Assembly: GCA_017961685.1 (NCBI GenBank)
Contig: JAGCWW010000050.1
Location: forward strand, 290 to 64,289
DNA length: 64,000 bases
From: Acholeplasmatales bacterium
Lineage (GTDB): Bacteria > Bacillota_I > Bacilli_A > Acholeplasmatales > JAEDCM01
Reading direction: 5' to 3'
A program made the translations under genes and the position numbers. Shown piece by piece: positions 1 to 7,921 of the stretch. Positions within the stretch are counted from its first letter, which is position 1; every line of letters begins with the position of its first letter. The notes under the pieces were generated by a model. That model had not been told where the DNA came from. It did no database searches and saw nothing but the letters and a program-made list of their open reading frames with translations.

Positions 1-1
1 T

Positions 2-757
2 GTTAATTATGTATTTGATAGACTTAAAAATGCATTCAAGATTGATGTAGAAACTGAAGCTCCAAAAATTGTTTATAGAGAAACTATTAAAGGTTCAGTT
101 GAAACTGAAGGTAGATATAAGAAACAATCTGGTGGATCAGGACACTTTGGTGTTGTTAAAATTAAATGGGAAAAATCAGGATCTGATGAAAATATCTTTG
201 CTGAACAAGTATTTGGTGGAGCAGTACCTAAAAACTTCTTCCCAGCTGTTGAAAAAGGTGTTAATAAGAGTCTTGAATCAGGTCTACTTGCAGGATTCCC
301 AGTAATTGGTGTTAAAGCAACACTGCTTGATGGTGCATACCACCCAGTAGATTCAGATGAAATTTCATTCGTTAATGCAGCTATTCTTTCTTATAAAGAA
401 GCTTATGAAGTTAATAAGGATGGTAGAACAGGCAATAAATTCTTACTAAAACCTACTATCTTAGAGCCAATTATGAAATTAACAATTACTGCTAGCTCAA
501 TTTATACTGGTGATATTCTATCAGATATTAACACTAGACGTGCTAGAGTATTATCAATGGAAGAAACTAATGGTGAACAAGTATTAGTTGCTGCTGTACC
601 AGAAGCTGAAATACTTGAATATGCTAATACACTTAAATCTATCACTAAATCTAGTGGTATGTTCACAAGAGAATTTATGGCATATGAAGAAGTACCATCA
701 TTCTTAATTGATAAAGTTATTGCTGATAATAGAATAACTAGAGAAGATAAACAATAA
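2..757 (+). CDS. EF-G family translation GTPase, C-terminal part (5' end outside window)
   Basis: Open frame from position 2 to TAA at 755-757. The translation contains YRETIKG...GRYKKQSGGSGHFG...GFPV..VKATLLDGAYHPVDSDE..F and ILEPIM...DILSDINTRRARV, typical of EF-G domains III-V. The track ORF at 473..757 is in the same frame. No rpsG/tuf neighbours, so it may be an EF-G paralogue. Confidence 0.8.
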   Translation, partial: VNYVFDRLKNAFKIDVETEAPKIVYRETIKGSVETEGRYKKQSGGSGHFGVVKIKWEKSGSDENIFAEQVFGGAVPKNFFPAVEKGVNKSLESGLLAGFPVIGVKATLLDGAYHPVDSDEISFVNAAILSYKEAYEVNKDGRTGNKFLLKPTILEPIMKLTITASSIYTGDILSDINTRRARVLSMEETNGEQVLVAAVPEAEILEYANTLKSITKSSGMFTREFMAYEEVPSFLIDKVIADNRITREDKQ

Positions 758-764
758 AAAAATA

Positions 765-787
765 GGCACTATTTAGTGCCTTTTTTT
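765..787 (+). terminator. Rho-independent terminator after the EF-G-like gene
   Basis: Hairpin GGCACT-attt-AGTGCC (765-780) followed by T7. Confidence 0.7.
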
Positions 788-802
788 AAAGGAAGTGACA
801 TC

Positions 803-2032
803 TTGAATAAATTTATAGATTTAGCTAATAAAAGCGTTGAAAATAAAGATTATACTGAGGCTATTAAATATTTAAATTTGGCTATTAATAATAAAGAATA
901 TGAAGCATATTCTATTTTAGCTATGTTTTATATTACTGGTTTAAGTGTAGATAAAGATGTTAATAAAGGCTTAGAATATTTATACTTAGGAGAAAAATAT
1001 AATGATCCAAAAAGTATATCTATGTTAGTTGATTTTTACTATAATGGTATATATGTTGAAAAAGATTTAGTTAAAGCTAGAATCTATTATGAAAAAGCTT
1101 GCGATTTAAATGAAGGACATGCAATAGGTATGGTTGGCCTATTTTATTATAATGAAGAAAACTATAGTGAAGCTATCATTTTTTTTAAAAGTGGAGTAAC
1201 TTTTCATGATCAAAATTCTATGTTTTATTTAGGAATATGTGCATTTAAAGGCTTAGGAATGGATAAGGATTATAAATTAAGCTTTATGCTTTTTAATAAA
1301 TTATATGAATATGGTAATAAAAATAGTGATCTTATAAAATATTTAGCAGATTCATATTTTAATGGTTATGGAATAAATCAAGATATATTAAAAGCAAAAG
1401 AACTATATGAAACATTAAATGATGATGAATCTATTTTTAATCTAGGTTTAATTTATAAGAATCATCTAAAAGATTATGAAAAAGCACTTGTTACTTTTAA
1501 AAGAGTTAAAAGTGTTGAATCTCAATTTGAACAAGCCTTAATGCTTTATAATGGGTTAGGATGCATAGAAAATAAAAATGATGCGTATTTTAAATTTTAT
1601 GCTTGTGCAGCAAGTAAATACGTTTATGCTTATCCTTTTGTTGGTGATGCATATTATTATGGTTATGGTGTTAAAAAGGATTATAATGAGGCATTAAGCT
1701 GGTATAGGCTTGCTTTAGATAATAATATTCCTAATCAATATATAAATATTGCATCGGTTTATATGAAATTTAAAAATTATAAGGAAGCAATCAATTATTT
1801 AGATAATGAAACTGATTCAGCTAATAAATATAAATTAATTGCTGAAGCTTATATGAAACTTAAAAAATATGAAGATGCTTATAATTCATATTTAAAAGCA
1901 AAAGAACTTGGTGATATATATTCAATTTATGAACTATATAGACTTACTAAAAAAGGAAAAGGTATAACTAAAAATAAAGAATTAGCAAACAAGTATTATT
2001 TAGAATATTTGATGTATTATAATAAAGAATAG
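803..2032 (+). CDS. Sel1-like (SLR/TPR-type) repeat protein
   Basis: Repeated ~36-aa units of the type Y..G.GV.KD..KA..YY.KA (for example GYGVKKDYNEALSWYRLA). The preferred start is TTG at 803, 7 nt after AGGAAG. The track start at 776 lies inside the upstream terminator hairpin. Confidence 0.7.
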   Translation: MNKFIDLANKSVENKDYTEAIKYLNLAINNKEYEAYSILAMFYITGLSVDKDVNKGLEYLYLGEKYNDPKSISMLVDFYYNGIYVEKDLVKARIYYEKACDLNEGHAIGMVGLFYYNEENYSEAIIFFKSGVTFHDQNSMFYLGICAFKGLGMDKDYKLSFMLFNKLYEYGNKNSDLIKYLADSYFNGYGINQDILKAKELYETLNDDESIFNLGLIYKNHLKDYEKALVTFKRVKSVESQFEQALMLYNGLGCIENKNDAYFKFYACAASKYVYAYPFVGDAYYYGYGVKKDYNEALSWYRLALDNNIPNQYINIASVYMKFKNYKEAINYLDNETDSANKYKLIAEAYMKLKKYEDAYNSYLKAKELGDIYSIYELYRLTKKGKGITKNKELANKYYLEYLMYYNKE

Positions 2033-2069
2033 AAGCACTCAAATTAAGCCAAAATAACTAAAAAAACTA

Positions 2070-2098
2070 TTTACAAAGGTAAGATATTATTATATAAT
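2070..2098 (+). promoter_or_regulatory. Sigma-A type promoter for tRNA-Arg
   Basis: TTTACA (2070-2075), a 17-nt spacer, then TATAAT (2093-2098), about 19 nt upstream of the tRNA 5' end. Confidence 0.5.
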
Positions 2099-2116
2099 AA
2101 TAAATGCATGGAAAAT

Positions 2117-2193
2117 GTTCCGGTAGCTCAGCTGGATAGAGCAACGGCCTTCTAAGCCGTTGGTCGCACGTTCGAATCGTGTCCGGAACGCCA
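2117..2193 (+). tRNA. tRNA-Arg (anticodon TCT), CCA encoded
   Basis: Acceptor stem GTTCCGG/CCGGAAC. D-arm is AGCTCAGCTGGATAGAGC. Anticodon stem ACGGC/GCCGT with loop CTTCTAA. T-arm has GTTCGAATC. The 3' end is GCCA. Confidence 0.9.
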
Positions 2194-2211
2194 TGTTTTT
2201 ATTTTACCCTT

Positions 2212-2236
2212 AATGTCCTTATTAGGACATTTTTTT
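2212..2236 (+). terminator. Terminator after tRNA-Arg
   Basis: AATGTCC-ttatta-GGACATT followed by a T-run. Confidence 0.6.
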
Positions 2237-2336
2237 CTTTAAGCGATTTGCGTTTCTTATTTTTAAGTATTGCTAATTTTTGCGAAATGTAATATAGCTA
2301 ACCAAAACATTTTACTAAAGCAGGATAACTAACAAA

Positions 2337-2374
2337 AATACGGGTCAGTTTTCTTGACAAATATGGGTCAGTTT
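2337..2374 (+). repeat. Two direct 15-mers AATA(C/T)GGGTCAGTTT, 23 nt apart
   Basis: The copies at 2337-2351 and 2360-2374 differ at one position. A related ACGGGTC/GGTCGA cluster occurs at about 4081-4128 at the other end of the islet. Confidence 0.5.
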
Positions 2375-2752
2375 GGATAAAAACAATCGTAAAAACAGTT
2401 GATGATTAATGCTGAAAACACGTAGTTAACAACAATAATTTTAAAAAAAATGAAAAAAATGTCGTTAACATACCGTTTTCGTGATGTGGTGAATCCTTAT
2501 TTTGTACAAATTAAATTTATTATATATTTATATTTCTTAACACAATCTAGCTTAAATTCTTTTGGATGCTTTTTTTGTCAGGAATCTTCCTTACTAAATA
2601 GTTCAACTTTTTGTGCTCAGTACATTTATTAATTAAAATCTATTTCCCATTTTTGAAAAATGTTGATTTTGGGGAAATATAACATTTGGAAAAATTTGGA
2701 GTTGAACTCCAATTATTTCTTTAGTATAATATAAGTGAAGGAAGTGATTATA

Positions 2753-3988
2753 ATGATTAGTAGAACTATATATAAAGAAATATTGGATACTATAAGCAAT
2801 AAAGCAGTAACTGTTATAACTGGTGCTAGACAAGTAGGTAAAACAACACTTTGCTCTTGGATTGAAAAAGAATTAAAGTTTAATTATGTTTCGTTAGCTG
2901 ACCCAATAATTAGGAATGCTGCTAAGAATGATCCTTCTGAATTCTTATCATTAAATCCTTTTCCTTTAATAATTGATGAAATACAAAAGGCTCCTGAGTT
3001 ATTTGATTATTTAGAAGGAATAGTTGATAAAGAAATAAAAAAAGGAAATAAAAAAGGACTATATGTATTAACTGGTTCACAAGCATATAAATTAATGAAA
3101 GGCGTAAATGAATCTATGTCTGGTAGAGTAGGACTTGTATCAATGTCTCCTTTATCATTAAGTGAAATCAACGGCAAAGAAGAAAATCCTTTTTGCGTTG
3201 ATATAAAAAGGATAAATTGTAGAATTAATGATTATTCTATTGAAACAAGAAAGATGTATGACTATATAACTAGAGGTTTTTATCCAGAATTATATGATAA
3301 TCCATCTTTAAAAGCATCCGTATTTTATGCTGATTATGTTGAAACATATATAGAACGCGATGTAACGGATTTTATTACACTTAAAGATAAACAGAAATTC
3401 ATTAATTTAATGACTATTCTAGCATCATTAACTGGGCAAGAATTAATATATGATAATTTAGCAAAGATTATTGGTGTTGACGTAAAAACAATTCAAAGTT
3501 GGGTAAGTGTTTTAATAGCAGGCAATATCATATATCTATTACAACCATATAATGAAGAAAGTATGGTTAAACAAGTAACAAAAAGATCAAAAATATATTT
3601 TTGCGACACTGGACTAGCATGCTATTTAGCAAGAGTAAACACAACTGATGCTTTAATATCATCATATTTAAAAGGACATATGGTTGAAACATTCATTATC
3701 AATGAAATTATAAAAAGTTATAAGAATAATAGAGTTGATAAAGAATCATCATTTTATTATTACAGAAATTCTAATCAAGAAGAAATAGATTTAATAATTA
3801 ATAGAGATGGAAAATTAACACTTCTTGAATGTAAAAGCGGAGAAGAATATAGTGCATCAGATGTTTCATCATTTGATAATCTAGAAAAAACGAAGTTAAA
3901 AATTGATAATAATGCAATTATTTGCACAACAAAAACAATATATTCTATAAAAAAAGGAGTATATGTTATTCCATTTACTGCTATATAA
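2753..3988 (+). CDS. AAA+ ATPase (AAA_14-like) with a C-terminal DUF4143 / PD-(D/E)xK-like domain
   Basis: Walker A is ITGARQVGKTT and Walker B-like is LIIDEIQ. The C-terminus has EIDLIINRDGKLTLLECK, a D...ExK nuclease-like motif. The start is ATG at 2753, after GAAGGAAG. Confidence 0.75.
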   Translation: MISRTIYKEILDTISNKAVTVITGARQVGKTTLCSWIEKELKFNYVSLADPIIRNAAKNDPSEFLSLNPFPLIIDEIQKAPELFDYLEGIVDKEIKKGNKKGLYVLTGSQAYKLMKGVNESMSGRVGLVSMSPLSLSEINGKEENPFCVDIKRINCRINDYSIETRKMYDYITRGFYPELYDNPSLKASVFYADYVETYIERDVTDFITLKDKQKFINLMTILASLTGQELIYDNLAKIIGVDVKTIQSWVSVLIAGNIIYLLQPYNEESMVKQVTKRSKIYFCDTGLACYLARVNTTDALISSYLKGHMVETFIINEIIKSYKNNRVDKESSFYYYRNSNQEEIDLIINRDGKLTLLECKSGEEYSASDVSSFDNLEKTKLKIDNNAIICTTKTIYSIKKGVYVIPFTAI

Positions 3989-4016
3989 TAATGTGTTTTA
4001 AGATGTTTTTACTTAG

Positions 4017-4046
4017 AACTAAGGGACTGATCCCTTAGTTTTTTTG
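4017..4046 (+). terminator. Terminator after the AAA+ ATPase gene
   Basis: AACTAAGGGA-ctga-TCCCTTAGTT followed by T-run. Confidence 0.65.
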
Positions 4047-4133
4047 TTTTCATATAAAAACGTTTATAACATAATAAAAGTCGACCTTAATTTAAAAACG
4101 GGTCGAAAAAAAGGTCGATGAATGATATTGAAT

Positions 4134-4177
4134 GATATAAAAAGATATAAAAGATATTAGACGATATTTCGCGGAAA
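4134..4177 (+). repeat. Five helically phased GATAT motifs
   Basis: GATAT occurs at 4134, 4144, 4154, 4163 and 4173 (spacing 10, 10, 9, 10 nt), immediately left of the tRNA-fragment repeat. Confidence 0.5.
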
Positions 4178-4185
4178 AAGAAAAA

Positions 4186-4244
4186 CTTCTAAGCCGTTTA
4201 TTTGGACGATAGAAATCGTGTCTAAAACAACATGTTTTTATTTT
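4186..4244 (+). repeat. Decayed direct copy of the 3' half of tRNA-Arg plus 3' flank (att-like remnant)
   Basis: CTTCTAAGCCGTT (4186-4198) is identical to tRNA positions 2149-2161. The last 33 aligned nt match at 26 positions, including an identical CATGTTTTTATTTT tail. Like the real tRNA, it is followed by its own terminator-like hairpin (about 4251-4305). Confidence 0.6.
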
Positions 4245-4372
4245 GCATTAAACACCTTTATGAACTAAATGGGGTTCAGTTCATTATCAAAGGGTGTTTT
4301 TTTCTTTAGTTATATAAATATAGTTAATTATTTAAATAAATGATATAATGTATTTGGTGGAGGTGTTATATA

Positions 4373-4630
4373 ATGTTTAATTCTTTAATTGGTGAAAGGG
4401 TAACTGTTGTTGTATCTTCAAAAGCAGAAATATTATTAGAATATACAGGTAATTTATCTAGTGAAAGTGAAGATGCTATAGAATTAACTGATGTTTATAT
4501 TTCTTATTTAATTGCAGATTTTAGTCCTTTTAGTGGGGTACCAGTAAATAAAACATTCATTTATAAAAAAGAATTAGAAAAAGTAATTATTAGTAAAAAA
4601 TATACTATTTCATGTAATAAGTTAGCGTAA
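4373..4630 (+). CDS. Small hypothetical protein (85 aa), possibly Sm-like fold
   Basis: GGTGGAGG RBS 7 nt upstream. The pattern GERVTVVV...YTGNL...DAIELTDV loosely resembles an Sm1 motif. Confidence 0.45.
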   Translation: MFNSLIGERVTVVVSSKAEILLEYTGNLSSESEDAIELTDVYISYLIADFSPFSGVPVNKTFIYKKELEKVIISKKYTISCNKLA

Positions 4631-4703
4631 AATTATTATTCTATTTTTCTTAATAGTGGAAGTAGAATTGTTTTGTTTGGTATATAGACTAGGAGTGATT
4701 TCT

Positions 4704-5123
4704 ATGGATTTAAAGAAAATTGAAAAGTTTATAAAAAAACAAAAGGTAAGCTTTATATGTTCAGTAGATAGCGAAAACTATCCTAATGTTAAAGCTATGC
4801 TAAAACCTAGAAAACGTGATGGTTTAGAAGTTTTCTACTTTTCTACTAATACTTCATCAATGAGAGTAAAACAATACTTAAATAACCCAAATGCATGTAT
4901 CTATTTTTATCATAAAGGCTTATTTAAATATGTAGGTGTTATGCTTAAAGGTAAGATGGAAGTATTAACTGATCAAGAAACAAAAAATATGTTGTGGAAG
5001 AAGTTTGATAAGATATTCTATAAAGAAGGAGTTACTGATCCTGATTACTGTGTACTTAAGTTTACAGCTACAAGTGGTAGATATTACTGTGATTTAAAAA
5101 CAGAAAGTTTTGAAATAAAATAA
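4704..5123 (+). CDS. Pyridoxamine 5'-phosphate oxidase-family (FMN-binding split barrel) protein
   Basis: Size and pattern fit (VSFICSVD..NYPNVKAM...FYFSTNTSS.K...L..NP.ACIYF). The start is ATG at 4704, after AGGAG. Confidence 0.55.
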   Translation: MDLKKIEKFIKKQKVSFICSVDSENYPNVKAMLKPRKRDGLEVFYFSTNTSSMRVKQYLNNPNACIYFYHKGLFKYVGVMLKGKMEVLTDQETKNMLWKKFDKIFYKEGVTDPDYCVLKFTATSGRYYCDLKTESFEIK

Positions 5124-5143
5124 CACCAATAATGGTGTTTTTT
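5122..5143 (+). terminator. Terminator
   Basis: AACACCA-ataa-TGGTGTT followed by T-run. Confidence 0.6.
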
Positions 5144-5193
5144 ATTATTTTTTGATATAATAAGTAATGTATTGTGCTAAAGGAGATATTTAT

Positions 5194-6084
5194 ATGGCAA
5201 AAAAGGAAGATAAAAAGAAAAAGAATGAATTATCGAAAGATAATGTATATTTGATACTTAATTTAGTATTAGCTGTTATAACCATGGCACTAGCTGCTGC
5301 ACTAACTGGTAAATCTTTACAGGAAAATGCTGATTTTCACCAGGTAGCACTATTCCTTGGTTTAACTATATTTTCACAAATATTATTTCAATGTTTACTA
5401 TTTGTTGTAAAAGATAGTAAAAGAGATAAGATTAGAGCAGTAGTTGTTGGAATTATTTATATAGGAGCAATGATAACCGCCTTTGCAGCAAGTAAAGAAA
5501 ACTATCTATTATTCTACATTGCTGATGCATTAATATTGCTTGCACTTGCTGTAAATCAGTTTATGCAAATAAACAAGGAAAAAACAAAAAAGGGCATCAT
5601 TACAAATATTTTATTAGGTGTAGTATTAGTTCTATTAACTGTTGCTGTATTTGATGATATAACAGAAGAGGATCTAAATTATGTTCCTTTACTAGCTGTA
5701 ATAATCTTCTTATTTACTTCATTTAAGAAGATACTATTCCCTTCACTAAAACTAGAAAAGATTAGATTATTACTTAACATTTTAGTTAAAACACATACAT
5801 TTGATATTCTAATTTGTTTATTAGCATTTATGATTGCTTTCTCATTTATTCTACCTAGATTTGAACTTTCAATTACAAACTTCTGGGATGGTATGTGGTA
5901 TTGCTTCACTGTTATAACAACAATAGGCTTTGGTGATTTTGTAGCAACAACTCCTGTAGGTAGATTACTAACAGTTATACTTGGTATTTATGGTATTGTT
6001 GTAGTTGCTATTTTAACGAGTGTTATCGTTAATTTCTATAACGAAGTTTCAGCAAAAGAAAGAGCTAGAGATATTATTGAATAA
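5194..6084 (+). CDS. Potassium channel family membrane protein
   Basis: Multi-TM protein ending in a pore helix and selectivity filter, TVITTIGFGDF. The start is ATG at 5194, after AAAGGAG. Confidence 0.8.
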   Translation: MAKKEDKKKKNELSKDNVYLILNLVLAVITMALAAALTGKSLQENADFHQVALFLGLTIFSQILFQCLLFVVKDSKRDKIRAVVVGIIYIGAMITAFAASKENYLLFYIADALILLALAVNQFMQINKEKTKKGIITNILLGVVLVLLTVAVFDDITEEDLNYVPLLAVIIFLFTSFKKILFPSLKLEKIRLLLNILVKTHTFDILICLLAFMIAFSFILPRFELSITNFWDGMWYCFTVITTIGFGDFVATTPVGRLLTVILGIYGIVVVAILTSVIVNFYNEVSAKERARDIIE

Positions 6085-6090
6085 TTATTA

Positions 6091-6119
6091 AACATGGCAA
6101 TTTTAAGCCATGTTTTTTT
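6091..6119 (+). terminator. Terminator
   Basis: AACATGGC-loop-GCCATGTT followed by T-run. Confidence 0.65.
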
Positions 6120-6147
6120 ATGCTAAAATAGAATTAGAGGTGGTAAT

Positions 6148-6993
6148 ATGAGTTTTACATCAAAATTAGTTTATTTATATTTTAAACATCAAAAAAGATA
6201 TAATAGTGAATACTGGGATGAAAAAATAAAAAATACTAATACACCACAAATACCACCACTACCTAAAAGAGAATATAGATTTGAAAATAATATATTCTAT
6301 TTTAATGAAAACTCAACTAGTGATATAGCTATTTATTATATACATGGAGGAGCGTATTTAAATACTTTTAGTAAATACCATTTTAAATTTATTGATAAAT
6401 TAATTAAGAAAACTAATGCATTAGTTATAGCTCCAAATTATGATCTAATTCCTTTTTCTAATGGTGAAAAATTAATAGATTATTTATCAAATATTTATCT
6501 AGATTGTGTAAGTAAAAATAGTAATAAAAAAATAATTATCATTGGAGATTCTGCAGGAGGGGGATTATCTCTTTCTTTAGCCTTATTTTTAAGTATGAAT
6601 AACTATAAAAAACCTGATAAAATGGTATTATTATCACCTTGTGTTGATATAACTATATCTAACCCTAAAATAGAAGAATTTAAAAAGTATGATCCTTGGT
6701 TATATACAGAAAGATTAAGCATATGCTGTAAGTATTTTGCGGATAACTTAGATTATAAAGATTATAGAGTAAGTCCATTATATGGAGATATTGATTTACT
6801 AAAAAATATGTTAATATTTGTTGGAACAAAAGAAATACTTAATCCTGATATTACATTATTTTATGAAAAGTTAAAAGATAAAGAAACTAATAAACTTATT
6901 ATAGGTAAAAACATGCTTCATGTTTATCCTATTTTACCTATTAAAGAAGCTAAAAAAGCTTTAAAAATAATAAGTGATTATATTTTAGATTAA
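6148..6993 (+). CDS. Alpha/beta hydrolase (family IV / HSL-type esterase-lipase)
   Basis: Oxyanion motif YIHGGAY and nucleophile elbow GDSAGG. Confidence 0.8.
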   Translation: MSFTSKLVYLYFKHQKRYNSEYWDEKIKNTNTPQIPPLPKREYRFENNIFYFNENSTSDIAIYYIHGGAYLNTFSKYHFKFIDKLIKKTNALVIAPNYDLIPFSNGEKLIDYLSNIYLDCVSKNSNKKIIIIGDSAGGGLSLSLALFLSMNNYKKPDKMVLLSPCVDITISNPKIEEFKKYDPWLYTERLSICCKYFADNLDYKDYRVSPLYGDIDLLKNMLIFVGTKEILNPDITLFYEKLKDKETNKLIIGKNMLHVYPILPIKEAKKALKIISDYILD

Positions 6994-7072
6994 ACTTAAA
7001 AAACTATCTTTAAAATGTAAATAATTATATGATATAATATATCTATAATTCGTCGATATTGGAGGTATATAT

Positions 7073-7816
7073 ATGAGAAATATTAAAGCTATTTGCGATT
7101 CTTTTAAGATAACTACAGGAAAAGCATGTGAAATCTTTGGTGTTACAGCTGATGAACTTCAAAAAATCTATAATGAAGAAGTAGATTTAGATAGTAAAGG
7201 TTTATATGAATTAATTAAAGTAACTCAAGTTTCTATTGATTATATTATGGAAGGTAAAGTAACTAACGCTAATGATAGATTAGTTGCTAACTACGTATCT
7301 GTAACAAATAAATCAATGCTTATAAAGAAAAGAATAGAAGAATTAATTTTCTATTTAGGTAGTGAAGGAATTGATTCATCTAATTATGAATTTGATATTT
7401 TAAAATTATTCAATAAAGATATCGATGAAGTTGATGGTTTAATGCTTCTAAAACTTAATGATTATAAATTATATGATTTATTAAAGAGAAGATATTTAAT
7501 GAAAAAATTCTCTGTTAAAACTAATGAAAAAGTAATTTATATTAGTGATTGGCATGAATTAATTAACTATTATCTAGTAACTTATTTATTTGATAAAACA
7601 ATAACAGATCCTAAGTTTATTGAAGAATTAAGTGTACCTAATGATTATCTACTTGAGGCTTACCGTAATGGAGGCTTAAAATGGAATTCTAGAGCCATTT
7701 TACACTTAATTTCAATTGGTTCAGTATTATACTATAATTCAGTTGATGGTAAGCGTGTAGATATACTAGAAACTAAACTTTTAAAGGATTATTGTCTAAA
7801 TCATATTGATGAATAG
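7073..7816 (+). CDS. Hypothetical protein with an N-terminal XRE-like HTH
   Basis: The first ~60 aa fit a helix-turn-helix pattern (ACEIFGVTADELQKIY...VSIDYIMEG). The rest is unrecognised. Confidence 0.4.
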   Translation: MRNIKAICDSFKITTGKACEIFGVTADELQKIYNEEVDLDSKGLYELIKVTQVSIDYIMEGKVTNANDRLVANYVSVTNKSMLIKKRIEELIFYLGSEGIDSSNYEFDILKLFNKDIDEVDGLMLLKLNDYKLYDLLKRRYLMKKFSVKTNEKVIYISDWHELINYYLVTYLFDKTITDPKFIEELSVPNDYLLEAYRNGGLKWNSRAILHLISIGSVLYYNSVDGKRVDILETKLLKDYCLNHIDE

Positions 7817-7829
7817 TAAATAAAAAGAT

Positions 7830-7857
7830 AAAAAAGAGGAAATTTCCTCTTTTTTTA
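7830..7857 (+). terminator. Terminator
   Basis: AGAGGAAATTTCCTCT palindrome flanked by A-run and T-run. Confidence 0.65.
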
Positions 7858-7921
7858 TATGTTTTGTATATTTATGGTAATATATACTATGTTATAATAA
7901 AGTTTATAAGGAGGCGATATT

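Noticed and set aside
69-305. 78-aa plus-strand ORF
   Set aside because: It is an alternative frame within the EF-G-family gene, whose frame (phase of position 2) shows conserved EF-G motifs.
2450-2833. ORFs 2450..2632 (+) and 2633..2833 (-) inside the tRNA islet
   Set aside because: They have no RBS and an odd low-complexity composition, and the second overlaps the promoter and start of the ATPase gene. I also looked here for a decayed integrase in all frames and saw no recombinase motifs.
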